64,000 bases of DNA from Clostridia bacterium (GTDB lineage: Bacteria > Bacillota > Clostridia > TANB77 > CAG-508): positions 21,339-85,338 of the forward strand of contig JBKUYM010000009.1 in the NCBI GenBank assembly GCA_046964515.1, in the 5' to 3' direction. Below, one piece after another: positions 6,296 to 15,352 of this stretch. The position numbers were made by a program, and so were the translations under genes. Every line of letters begins with the position of its first letter. The stretch's first letter is position 1. Below the pieces are notes generated by a model. The model made no database searches. It was not told the origin of the DNA and saw only the letters and a list, made by a program, of their open reading frames with translations.

Positions 6296-6682
6296 ATGAA
6301 GGTTAATGATTTAGTGTTATATCTAGGTGATTTATTCAGAGTTGAGCAAGTGGGTGTGCCAAGTGAAGTGTTAGAGGGTGAACTTTGTAACATACAGAAG
6401 CTAAATTTTGGTGATGACAAGATGTATAGTTTAGTTGTACCTGTGGCAGATGTGCAAACAAAGGGAAGAATAACTTGTTTTAAAGACTTTAAATATGATA
6501 TAAAGGATAGAATTTTTATAAAGTGGATAGATGTTCCCTTTGTCATAGTGAATAGATACAAACAATTAAAACACAATAAGATAGGGGATTGTTATGAAAT
6601 AATGGGCTTGAATAAAAGACGCATTATGATAACAGTAACAGAGGAAGATATAGTAAGGAGAATAGACCAATGTATAAGATAG
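6296..6682 (+). CDS. hypothetical protein
   Basis: ORF track gives 6266..6682 (TTG). ATG 6296 follows SD AGGAGGGG. The N-terminus MKVNDLVLYLGDLFRV resembles that of the next gene. Confidence 0.7.
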   Translation: MKVNDLVLYLGDLFRVEQVGVPSEVLEGELCNIQKLNFGDDKMYSLVVPVADVQTKGRITCFKDFKYDIKDRIFIKWIDVPFVIVNRYKQLKHNKIGDCYEIMGLNKRRIMITVTEEDIVRRIDQCIR

Positions 6683-6828
6683 GGCAATTAGTAATTTATC
6701 AAGGAAGAACATATAAAGTAGTAGGAAGACATGGGGACATTTATTATGACCTTGCAAATAGCAAAGGTGAAATAATATTAACATGTGTACACGAGTACAA
6801 GTTATTAGACAGTAATAATAGGAGGTAA
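6670..6828 (+). CDS. hypothetical small protein (52 aa)
   Basis: ATG overlaps the end of the upstream gene. MYKIGQLVIYQGRTYKVVG parallels the N-terminus of 6296..6682. Below the ORF-track cutoff. Confidence 0.45.
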   Translation: MYKIGQLVIYQGRTYKVVGRHGDIYYDLANSKGEIILTCVHEYKLLDSNNRR

Positions 6829-6832
6829 TAAA

Positions 6833-7492
6833 ATGAACAGCATAACGAACTGGAATAGCAATTTACCTGGAGGATTTGACCGATTAAATATGTATTTAGA
6901 TACCTATAAAGGAAATAAATATGACATACCTATTTTAGATAAGGAGGATTATATACCTAAAGATTTAGTTTCTTATAAAGAGGTAACACACCCAAGTAAA
7001 GCGTCAATGGAGAAGTGTATTCACTTCTTCCTTGATGACTACCATTTTGAGGGAGTGTGGAATAGCCCCGTTAAAACATTAGCTAGAATACAGAAAATAG
7101 GTAAGAGTTTAACTCCCGACTTTAGCATCTATGTGGATATGCCTAAAGCATTACAGATATTTAATGTGTATCGTAATCGTTGGCTAGGTAAATTCTGGCA
7201 AGATAATGGCGTAATAGTAATACCTACTGTGTCATGGGGAGATAGAAGTACCTTTGACTTCTGTTTTGAAGGTGTACAGAAAGGTAACACAGTTGCTGTA
7301 TCAACTGTAGGTGTAACAAAGAAAAGCTATGACATATTTGAAGAAGGGTTTATTGAAATGTGTAACAGGCTAAAACCAAGCACAGTTTTAGTGCAAGGTG
7401 AAAAGAAACTAATGGATTTTGAGAATTATTGTGACGTAATGTATTATGACACCTATTGGAAAAAGACCCGTAATAAATTGGAGGTGAATTAA
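6833..7492 (+). CDS. DUF4417-like protein
   Basis: IHFFLDDYHFEGVWNSP, TPDFSIYVDMP, YRNRWLGKFWQDNGVIVIPTVSW match my recollection of DUF4417. Not verified by search. Confidence 0.55.
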   Translation: MNSITNWNSNLPGGFDRLNMYLDTYKGNKYDIPILDKEDYIPKDLVSYKEVTHPSKASMEKCIHFFLDDYHFEGVWNSPVKTLARIQKIGKSLTPDFSIYVDMPKALQIFNVYRNRWLGKFWQDNGVIVIPTVSWGDRSTFDFCFEGVQKGNTVAVSTVGVTKKSYDIFEEGFIEMCNRLKPSTVLVQGEKKLMDFENYCDVMYYDTYWKKTRNKLEVN

Positions 7493-7493
7493 T

Positions 7494-7982
7494 ATGGGTG
7501 GCAGAGGTCAATACATGAATGGTAAATACAGAGAAATAAGAAGACAACGTATTAAGACAAATAACAGGAACAATAGAAATGCCAACTATTATATGAGTAA
7601 GAAGGACGCTCAACGTAATTTTACTTTAAGTGAAATGGCTATAATAGATGAAGTGGTTAATGAACTAAAGAAGCATGATTTAGCCGTAGATGCTGGTTTT
7701 GGTAAAAGAGTAAGAATTAAATTCTATAATGACCCTAAAAATAAGAAAAGTTACAAAATAGGTCAAGATAAGATAGGCAGAGTACTTTATTTAAATAGAA
7801 GTAGTATGCATAATAGGAAAGAATTTAACCGACATTTACGTGGGGGTAAAGACTGGTATGCTAAAAATGGTAAAGCATATGAAAAAGCAGTTAAGCAGAA
7901 TACTCCTTTTTATGACATGGATAAAGAATACCTTAGTAAAATGGTAGAAGCCTTAGTTAGAACAAAGAAAAAGAAAAAATAG
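7494..7982 (+). CDS. hypothetical basic protein
   Basis: 162-aa ORF abutting the previous stop. Arg/Lys/Asn-rich with a poly-K tail. Confidence 0.65.
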   Translation: MGGRGQYMNGKYREIRRQRIKTNNRNNRNANYYMSKKDAQRNFTLSEMAIIDEVVNELKKHDLAVDAGFGKRVRIKFYNDPKNKKSYKIGQDKIGRVLYLNRSSMHNRKEFNRHLRGGKDWYAKNGKAYEKAVKQNTPFYDMDKEYLSKMVEALVRTKKKKK

Positions 7983-7992
7983 GGGTGATGTA

Positions 7993-8205
7993 ATGCATAT
8001 TCAAAATAGGCAAACATGGCTAGATAAAATTATAAAGTTTATTACAAGGATAAGTATTTTTCTTACTATATTAATGGTAGTAATATTTATTCCTTATGGT
8101 GTAATGGTCGCAATTTATCACTTGATATTTAAACAATATCTTGTTACATTTATATACATAGCCGTAGTTATTCTACTGTTATATATTCATAGTAAGGTGG
8201 TGTAA
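7993..8205 (+). CDS. small membrane protein
   Basis: 70 aa with two long hydrophobic segments. Confidence 0.6.
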   Translation: MHIQNRQTWLDKIIKFITRISIFLTILMVVIFIPYGVMVAIYHLIFKQYLVTFIYIAVVILLLYIHSKVV

Positions 8206-8207
8206 TA

Positions 8208-8486
8208 ATGCAAAGTATGATTGATACTATTTTAAATAGTGATAAGGAAGAACTGGCAACAGAGCTTAAAAAACTAAATGCTGGAATGTTAAATTCCTTT
8301 ATATTACACATGAAAATGTGCATGAAGGGTTTAATAGAATATAAAAACCAACTTTTAAATAGTGATAAAAGTAAGGAAGAATTAGAGGACACTCTTAAAA
8401 AGACATACAGAACGTTACAGAAATATGAGGACGTAATTTTAGTGGCACAAGAGGTTCAAAAGTCCTACAGGACTACTTCAAAGTAG
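8208..8486 (+). CDS. hypothetical protein
   Basis: 92-aa ORF tightly packed after 7993..8205. Confidence 0.6.
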   Translation: MQSMIDTILNSDKEELATELKKLNAGMLNSFILHMKMCMKGLIEYKNQLLNSDKSKEELEDTLKKTYRTLQKYEDVILVAQEVQKSYRTTSK

Positions 8487-8487
8487 T

Positions 8488-8516
8488 TTGACAGTGTAAC
8501 AGCGTAATGTTACTAT
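8488..8516 (+). promoter_or_regulatory. sigma-A-type promoter
   Basis: TTGACA 8488-8493, 17-nt spacer, TACTAT 8511-8516. Confidence 0.55.
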
Positions 8517-8581
8517 TAAAGTACATCAACAAGTTAACACAGAAAAATAAAAATAAATAAAATTATAAGGAGGTTCATAAA

Positions 8582-9757
8582 ATGAACAAAGATGTAAGAA
8601 AGGCTTTAGAATTAATAGTAAGTGAATTATCAAATGGGGAATTAGTTTTAACTGATGTAGTTAAGGAAGCAAAAGACGAAGTTGCAGAAAAAAGAGCATC
8701 TAAAAAGGATAAAAAAGTAGAACCTAAAGAAGAAGTTAAGGAAGATGACACAGTTGAATCTGAATACTCTATGGAAGAATTAAAAGCTATGACACAAGTC
8801 GAATTAAAAGCGTTAGCTAAAGAGTTAGGTGTTTCAGTTAGAGGTAGCAAATCTGCAATACTTGGTAGAATACTTGAAAAATTAGACGTTGCAGAAGTTG
8901 AGGAAGAAGAACCTGTAGCAGAAGCTGAAGAACCTGTTACAGAAGAAGTGGAAAATGATGACGCTGTACAAGAAGCGTTAGAAGAACTTGAATTAGAGGA
9001 TTTAGCAGATTTATGCGAACAAGCTGAATTATCTACTAAAGGTAAAAAACAAGCACTAATTGCTAGACTTATGACAGCGCATAACGCTGGTGAAATAGAT
9101 TTAACAGATTTCTTTGAAGAAGAAGACATAACAGATGAAGTTGACGAAGAAATTGAGGAAGATGCAGTTGATGAAATACAACTTGAAGAAATATTGGAAG
9201 CGCAAGATTTAAAAACTATAAAAGCTGTGGCTAAAAAGTTAAAAATCAAAGTGGCTTTAAAAGATAAAAAACCAGCTATAATAGAAAAAATAGGTCAATA
9301 CAATGCAGAAGACGTACTAGAAGTATTAAATGACATGGGTCTTATTGAACCTACTGATGACGAAGAAGAAGCGTCAGAAGGTGTAGAAATGCCTAAGTTT
9401 GAAGGTAGCAAAAAAAGAATAAAAGCGTGTGAAGCGTGTTGGAAAGAAACAATGTCAGATTTAGAAACAGGCGATATAGACGAGGACGATATTAGAGAGT
9501 TCTTTGAAGACAGATTTAGTGGCAATAAATCAGAACTTAAAAAGATAGCTAAAAAAGATTGGGAAGACTTAGCAATAGAATTTGCCGAAATAATAGCTAA
9601 CATGTTTGATGATGACGGAGATGATGTTGAAATGCAAGAACCATACATGGTAGGTGAAACTCCTTATTGCTGTGGTGTACCAATGAAAAAAGTTGATGAT
9701 ACTCACTTCTTATGTGAAATAGACGGAGAAGAAGTTGAACTTGAAGACGAAGAATAA
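8582..9757 (+). CDS. highly acidic protein with three SAP/Rho-N-like helix-extension-helix motifs
   Basis: 391 aa, Glu/Asp-rich. Motifs ELKALAKELGVSVRGSKSAILGRILEKL, LADLCEQAELSTKGKKQALIARLMTA and LKTIKAVAKKLKIKVALKDKKPAIIEKIG. Cys-containing C-terminus. Confidence 0.7.
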   Translation: MNKDVRKALELIVSELSNGELVLTDVVKEAKDEVAEKRASKKDKKVEPKEEVKEDDTVESEYSMEELKAMTQVELKALAKELGVSVRGSKSAILGRILEKLDVAEVEEEEPVAEAEEPVTEEVENDDAVQEALEELELEDLADLCEQAELSTKGKKQALIARLMTAHNAGEIDLTDFFEEEDITDEVDEEIEEDAVDEIQLEEILEAQDLKTIKAVAKKLKIKVALKDKKPAIIEKIGQYNAEDVLEVLNDMGLIEPTDDEEEASEGVEMPKFEGSKKRIKACEACWKETMSDLETGDIDEDDIREFFEDRFSGNKSELKKIAKKDWEDLAIEFAEIIANMFDDDGDDVEMQEPYMVGETPYCCGVPMKKVDDTHFLCEIDGEEVELEDEE

Positions 9758-9788
9758 GGAATAACATAATAAAATCACACATCTTACA

Positions 9789-9815
9789 GAGGACTAGAAA
9801 CCTAGTCCTCTACTT
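9789..9815 (+). terminator. intrinsic terminator
   Basis: GAGGACTAG-aaac-CTAGTCCTC followed by TACTTTT. Confidence 0.7.
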
Positions 9816-9839
9816 TTACACATAGTAAGGAGGAATACA

Positions 9840-10388
9840 ATGTTATATGCTAGATTACCAGTTTATTTAGACATTGAAGGTAAACATAAACACAGTATAG
9901 ATACAGAAACATATACGCATTACACAGATGTAAGGCTTTATCCCGAAGATGAAGCACAAGACCATAACAATACTTTGGAAGCTAAAGTCATGTTTATTAT
10001 ACGTGACCAACTTGGTAACATCTACAAACCTAAAGAAACAACTCCAATATTTGAATTAAACTTAGGTAACAGTCTAAATAATGATAAGAGCTTTAAAAAT
10101 AGCTACCTAAATATAATAGGTAACATAATGATGTTTATTACAGCTAGAGGATTATTTACAGATATTTTAGAAACGCTACCAACACCATTGGGTGTAATGC
10201 AAATAAATAATAAGTTAGTTTATACTTTTGAGTTGTATATAGGTGGTGATAATATCCCATATGTAAAAGATACATTTAATATGGAAACTGTTACATCACG
10301 TAAACAACTTGAAATTATATTTGAGGAAGAAGAACTATTCTTCAAGCCTGTAATATTTTTAGATGAATTAGATAAGGGGGAAAAATAA
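9840..10388 (+). CDS. hypothetical protein
   Basis: 182-aa ORF with SD AAGGAGGA upstream. Confidence 0.7.
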   Translation: MLYARLPVYLDIEGKHKHSIDTETYTHYTDVRLYPEDEAQDHNNTLEAKVMFIIRDQLGNIYKPKETTPIFELNLGNSLNNDKSFKNSYLNIIGNIMMFITARGLFTDILETLPTPLGVMQINNKLVYTFELYIGGDNIPYVKDTFNMETVTSRKQLEIIFEEEELFFKPVIFLDELDKGEK

Positions 10389-10391
10389 AAG

Positions 10392-13300
10392 ATGAAATGG
10401 TTATATGACGATTATATAAGAGATACATGGAATAAGAAATATCGTAATGTTGTTCAAGTGGATGAAAACACATTTAATAGTGAAACATTGTATAACTGGT
10501 TTAGGAGAGTATGCAATGGTGATGAAGAACTTATAAAACGCATGGAAGATATGAAATTCCTATTTGGTGGAAGAATACTTGCAAATAGAGGATTAGTAAC
10601 AAAAGACCATAAAGTTACATTAAGTAACTGTTACGTGTTACCACCTGTGGAAGATAACATTGAAAGTATATTTGGGACAGCAAAAGATTTAGCTACTATT
10701 TTTAGCAGAGGTGGAGGTGTTGGAATAGACATTTCTAAATTACGTTATAAAGGCGCACCTGTACGTAATAGCGCTGAAACAACAACTGGAGCAGTTAGCT
10801 TCATGCAATTATATGACATAACAACAGCAATAATCGGGCAAAAAGGTAGACGTGGTGCATTAATAATAGCAATGGATGCTGAACATCCCGATGTTGAAGA
10901 TTTTATCGACATTAAAAAGGATTTAAACTTAATAACAAATGCGAACATAAGTGTTAAGGTATCAGATAGATTTATGCGTTATGCTGTAGAACATCCAGGT
11001 GAAAGTTATACTATAATATGTAAACTTATAGACGAAGAAACAAAAAAAACATGGCATGAACATGTTACAACTGTAACACCTAGTAAAATATTAGAACACA
11101 TAGCAGAGAATAACTGGAAAATGGCAGAACCAGGAGTTCTATTTTGGGATAGAATGAAAAACTACAACTTTATAGAAAATAATCCATATATAAATATAAC
11201 AGGAGTTAACCCATGTGTAACAGGTGATACCCTAATATTAACAGATGAAGGTTATGTTCCAATTAAAGATAGAGTAGGATTACCTACTAATGTATGGAAT
11301 GGTCATGAATATTCTATAGTAATTCCTAAACGTACAGGGAAAAATCAAGACATATTACGTGTTACATTGTCTGACGGAAGCGTTTTAAATGTTACTCCTT
11401 ATCATAAATTTATACTAAAAGATTTAGGTAGAGTTGAAGCAAAAGACTTAGAAATTGGGAGTAAGCTAGAAAAATGTGAATATCCCGTAATAGAAGGGTA
11501 TGACATTCCTTCTTTAGACATGTACACTCAAGGGTTCTTTAGTGGTGACGGATATATTTCTAAATCTGAAGGCAGAAATGATAGACAACTTATAAAATTA
11601 TATGACGTTAAAAATAAATTAATATCTAGACTAGATGTTACACTTTATGGTGAACTAAAAGAGGATAAAAATATAGTTAGACTTAATCAAGAGTACGAGG
11701 ATAAAACTTTTGTACCACCTGTAAACTATACAAAAGAAGCTAGACTTGAATGGTTAGCTGGATTAATAGATAGTGACGGAAGTTATGAAAAAGAAGCTGG
11801 AATACAAATAACATCAATAAATAAGAATTTCTTATTACAAGTGAAATTAATGCTTAATACTCTAGGTGTTCATTCTTCTGTTACACTAAGTAAGGAAGCG
11901 TGTACAAAAGAAATGCCAGGAGGGACTTATGAATGTAGAGAATGTTATAGACTTCTTATAAGTAAGTATTATGTTTATCGCCTTTATCGTTTAGGTTTAA
12001 CTTTATACAGAGTTCAAATAGAGGATAAAGAACCTAATCGTAACGCTGGAAGATTTGTGCAAGTAATAGATATAACAAAAGTTGGAAAAGCAGATGAAGT
12101 GTTCTGTTTTAATGAACATAAAAATCATAGTGGGATATTTAATGGTGTGTACACTGCTAATTGTGGTGAGCTTCCATTACCCGATTATGGTAGTTGTAAC
12201 TTAGGTAATATAAATTTAAGTGCATATGTTAAAAATCCATTTACGGATATAGCAGAATTTGATTTTGTAGCCTTAACACAGGACATTCCTATTTACGTGA
12301 ATGCCTTAAATGATGTTTTAATTGAAGGTAAAGAATACCACCCATTACGTAAGCAACGTGATGCAATACGTGATTACAGACAGATAGGACTTGGTGTAAC
12401 AGGATTAGCTGACATGCTTATAAAAATGAAAATGTTATATGGAAGTAAAGAAGCGTGTCAATTAGTAAGTGAAATATACAGGGTAATAATAAATCAATCT
12501 GTAATAGCAAGTGTGGATTACGCAGTAGATAGGGATTGCTTGAGTTATAAAGGATTTAATGTAGAAGACTTTTGTAATTGTACTTTTGCACAAAAAGTGT
12601 TAGACAAAGAAACAAAGGAATATGTAAAAGCTAAAGGTAAAGTATTTAATAGTCAGTTTTTAACTATTCCACCTACAGGTAGTGTTTCAATTATATTAGG
12701 TAATTGTTCTAGTGGCGTTGAACCTAATTTTGACTGGAGATATAATAGAAAAATAGAAACAATATATGACGAACCTAGAAAGGTACTTGTTACAGCTGGG
12801 ATAGTAAAAGAGTACGCAGAATATTTAGGTATGTCTGTAGATAAGGTGTTAGAAGTAGGATTACCCGATTATTTTGTAACAGCAACAAATGGTGTAACAT
12901 ACATGCAAAGAGTGGCAATGCAAAGTGCTTGTCAAGATTATATTGACGGAGCAATAAGTGGAACAGTAAATTTACCTAACGATGCGACAGTGGAAGATAT
13001 AGTAGACCTTTATAAAGAAGCATGGTTGCAAGGATTAAAAGGTATTACAGTATACAGAGTTGGTAGTGAACGTGAGGGTATACTTACAGAAGTAACACCT
13101 GTTACGTTGGATGAAACAAAAGTAGAACCTGTAATAATTCCACAGGGTGAAAAACTTAAAACACTAGAGTTACAACGTGGTGAGAAAAAAGCAATAGCAC
13201 CCGACACCATTTACTATAAAGAAGAAGTAAAAATAGGGTGTGGTGAATTAAACCTATTCATAGGATATTCTCCAAGTGAAAAAGCATTACAAGACTTTTG

Positions 13301-13685
13301 GGTGAAACGTAAAGGTAATGGAGGTTGTGAACGTAATATTGAAAGTACAGTCATTTCTATGTCACTGTTACAACGTGTTGGAGGAAGTTTTGAAATGTTA
13401 GAAGAATCATTTAAAGGCATAGGAAGTTGCAATAGTTTTGTACATGCAAGAAGTAAAGGGGCAAAATTAAGTAAAGGTTCAAACTGTGGTCAAGCAATAT
13501 TCAATACTTTATACGATTTTGTGAAACGCATGGAAAAGAATGAAGGTAGATATGTACTTAATGCAGAAGGTAATCCTAATTTACCTGTAGTGATTAATAA
13601 TCCTTGTCCTTCTTGTGGTAAACCATTACACAGACAAGGTGGTTGTTACACATGTGATGAATGTGGTTATCAACGTTGTGATTAG
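10392..13685 (+). CDS. ribonucleotide reductase catalytic subunit, probably class II (NrdJ-like), intein-containing
   Basis: Motifs LSNCYV, GGGVGIDISKLR and PPTGSVS. Catalytic NPCGE is restored when 11214-12161 is removed. Cys-rich tail CPSCG..CYTCDEC. No beta-subunit gene in the window. Confidence 0.85.
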   Translation: MKWLYDDYIRDTWNKKYRNVVQVDENTFNSETLYNWFRRVCNGDEELIKRMEDMKFLFGGRILANRGLVTKDHKVTLSNCYVLPPVEDNIESIFGTAKDLATIFSRGGGVGIDISKLRYKGAPVRNSAETTTGAVSFMQLYDITTAIIGQKGRRGALIIAMDAEHPDVEDFIDIKKDLNLITNANISVKVSDRFMRYAVEHPGESYTIICKLIDEETKKTWHEHVTTVTPSKILEHIAENNWKMAEPGVLFWDRMKNYNFIENNPYINITGVNPCVTGDTLILTDEGYVPIKDRVGLPTNVWNGHEYSIVIPKRTGKNQDILRVTLSDGSVLNVTPYHKFILKDLGRVEAKDLEIGSKLEKCEYPVIEGYDIPSLDMYTQGFFSGDGYISKSEGRNDRQLIKLYDVKNKLISRLDVTLYGELKEDKNIVRLNQEYEDKTFVPPVNYTKEARLEWLAGLIDSDGSYEKEAGIQITSINKNFLLQVKLMLNTLGVHSSVTLSKEACTKEMPGGTYECRECYRLLISKYYVYRLYRLGLTLYRVQIEDKEPNRNAGRFVQVIDITKVGKADEVFCFNEHKNHSGIFNGVYTANCGELPLPDYGSCNLGNINLSAYVKNPFTDIAEFDFVALTQDIPIYVNALNDVLIEGKEYHPLRKQRDAIRDYRQIGLGVTGLADMLIKMKMLYGSKEACQLVSEIYRVIINQSVIASVDYAVDRDCLSYKGFNVEDFCNCTFAQKVLDKETKEYVKAKGKVFNSQFLTIPPTGSVSIILGNCSSGVEPNFDWRYNRKIETIYDEPRKVLVTAGIVKEYAEYLGMSVDKVLEVGLPDYFVTATNGVTYMQRVAMQSACQDYIDGAISGTVNLPNDATVEDIVDLYKEAWLQGLKGITVYRVGSEREGILTEVTPVTLDETKVEPVIIPQGEKLKTLELQRGEKKAIAPDTIYYKEEVKIGCGELNLFIGYSPSEKALQDFWVKRKGNGGCERNIESTVISMSLLQRVGGSFEMLEESFKGIGSCNSFVHARSKGAKLSKGSNCGQAIFNTLYDFVKRMEKNEGRYVLNAEGNPNLPVVINNPCPSCGKPLHRQGGCYTCDECGYQRCD
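11214..12161 (+). mobile_element. intein (316 aa) with LAGLIDADG homing-endonuclease domain
   Basis: Starts CVTGDTLIL. Block B is TPYHKF. LAGLIDADG motifs are GFFSGDGYI and LAGLIDSDGS. Ends GVYTAN, followed by the +1 Cys of CGELPLP. Confidence 0.85.
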
Positions 13686-13696
13686 AGGTGTTACCT

Positions 13697-13882
13697 ATGA
13701 TTAATTGGGTGCTTATGACAATATCCAGTATAATTGGAATTGCGTGTTCAGTAGGTAAATACTCTATATATGAAAGAGGTTTACCTAGTGATACACTAGA
13801 AAATCTTTTAATAGGAATTGATATAATTAAGGACATAGCGTTTATCTACATTGTATTATATTATCTGTTATCTAAAATATAG
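13697..13882 (+). CDS. small membrane protein
   Basis: ATG 13697 follows SD AGAGGTG (track start is 13688). Two hydrophobic helices. Confidence 0.55.
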   Translation: MINWVLMTISSIIGIACSVGKYSIYERGLPSDTLENLLIGIDIIKDIAFIYIVLYYLLSKI

Positions 13883-13971
13883 GAGGTGTTACACATGTAT
13901 GAAATATTAAAAACTTTGGATAAGCCAGTAATGAGTAAGTTAATGATATTAAAATTAGGGGGTATAGTATT

Positions 13972-14715
13972 ATGGTAGAAGTATTATATTGGAATGAAAG
14001 TGTTGTGCTAAATGCATTAGCAGAAAGTTTAGTTATAGGTGGATTACCTAAATTTGCCGGTGTACCAAAAGCCGAAGATTTATGGAATGAGATACATCAT
14101 CTAGCAATAGATTTAGATTATCTATGGGCAAATAGAGATGAAATAAATTATAACGCTACAAAGAAAATATTGGAGCATAGATATTCAAGTAATATGTTTT
14201 TAAATACGGATATAAATAAGTATATAAAACGTGGTCTTATCTTAGGTAACGTAAAAGCTGGTAGTGGTCATAACTGTATGTTCAAAGGGGTTCAATTTAA
14301 TATGATAATAAATATGCCATTATATTGGTTAAAAGAATATCAACGTTACCACTTTACGGACATAATATCATCACAAAGTACAATGCACTGTGTAACACAA
14401 ATGGAAATAAAAGAACATTGCACAGATAAGGTAGACCCTATAATACTCGATTTAGTGGGTCAAAAAGTAGCTGAATTTAATTCATTATCTCCAACAGATG
14501 TGGGTGCAAGAAAAGAAGCGTTTGAATATATAGTGGCAAACCTTCCTAGTGACTTCCATTTAGCAATGGGTATTACAATGAACTACTTACAAGCATTAAG
14601 TATGGTGAAACAAAGAGAACACCACAAACTAGATGATTGGAGTAAAGATTTAGTACCATTTTTAAAAGAAGAATTGCCATTTTTTAAATTATTCATGTTA
14701 GGAGAGTGGAATTAA
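13972..14715 (+). CDS. divergent ThyX-like (flavin-dependent thymidylate synthase fold) protein
   Basis: GHNCMFKGVQFNMIINMPLYWLKEYQRYHFTDIISSQS aligns by eye to the ThyX core HETPFEH..F.....P.....Q..RHR..S. RHR is replaced by RYH. Confidence 0.5.
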   Translation: MVEVLYWNESVVLNALAESLVIGGLPKFAGVPKAEDLWNEIHHLAIDLDYLWANRDEINYNATKKILEHRYSSNMFLNTDINKYIKRGLILGNVKAGSGHNCMFKGVQFNMIINMPLYWLKEYQRYHFTDIISSQSTMHCVTQMEIKEHCTDKVDPIILDLVGQKVAEFNSLSPTDVGARKEAFEYIVANLPSDFHLAMGITMNYLQALSMVKQREHHKLDDWSKDLVPFLKEELPFFKLFMLGEWN

Positions 14716-15278
14716 TGCCAAAATTTGATATTGTAACAAGATGTAAGGATGATGCAGATTTACTAATGCCATGTAAATCTACAATGGGTAGTGTTGGTTA
14801 TGACTTGAAATGTGCAGAGGATATAATAGTACCTTCTACATTGAAACACTTTTTAAAAGAAGCACATTTAACTGGAGGTGTAACAAGGGAAACACCTCAA
14901 TTAGTAGACTTAGGAAAATTATTAGTACAAATGGAAAATTCATATGGGCAAAGAATAAGACCAACTTTAGTGCCTACTGGTTTAAAAGTGTACTGTGAGC
15001 CTAACGAATATTTTGCTGTAAAGAGTAGGAGTTCTTACCCTTTAAAATATATGTTATTGGTAGCTAACAGTGAAGGTGTTGTAGATAGTGATTATGCAGA
15101 TAACCCAACAAATGAGGGTGAAATATATGTACAGGTATTAAATTTATCACCTTTTGACGTGTGTATTCCTAAAGGAACAAAGATTGCACAAGGTATGTTT
15201 ATTGCTACTGTTCCACCCGAAAATGGTGTAGTTAAAAATGCTTCAAGACAAGGAGGGCATGGCTCTACAGGAAATTAA
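14715..15278 (+). CDS. dut: dUTP pyrophosphatase
   Basis: The five trimeric dUTPase motifs are present: SVGYDL, KSRSS, GVVDSDY, KIAQGMF, RQGGHGSTG. TAATG overlap with the upstream stop. Confidence 0.85.
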   Translation: MPKFDIVTRCKDDADLLMPCKSTMGSVGYDLKCAEDIIVPSTLKHFLKEAHLTGGVTRETPQLVDLGKLLVQMENSYGQRIRPTLVPTGLKVYCEPNEYFAVKSRSSYPLKYMLLVANSEGVVDSDYADNPTNEGEIYVQVLNLSPFDVCIPKGTKIAQGMFIATVPPENGVVKNASRQGGHGSTGN

Positions 15279-15284
15279 ACTTAC

Positions 15285-15313
15285 TTGTCACTTATCGAGT
15301 AACATGCTATTAT
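15285..15313 (+). promoter_or_regulatory. sigma-A-type promoter
   Basis: TTGTCA 15285-15290, 17-nt spacer, TATTAT 15308-15313. Confidence 0.5.
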
Positions 15314-15352
15314 TTAAGTATAAAAATTAAATAATAGAAAAGGGGAACTAAA

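Noticed and set aside
8575-9249. 224-aa Ser-rich ORF on the minus strand
   Set aside because: It is the antisense reading of the GAA/GAT-rich acidic gene 8582..9757, so the low-complexity Ser, Ala and Thr content is a mirror artefact. There is no SD or promoter on that strand.
13895-13978. 27-aa ORF with a good SD (AGGAGGTG) upstream of the ThyX-like gene
   Set aside because: It is too short to support and has no recognisable features. It may only be a leader peptide or a chance ORF. Noted but not called.
14810-14998. Alternative-frame + strand ORFs inside dut (14810..14998) and the baseplate gene (40890..41150)
   Set aside because: They are internal out-of-frame ORFs with no SD. The host frames carry the conserved motifs.
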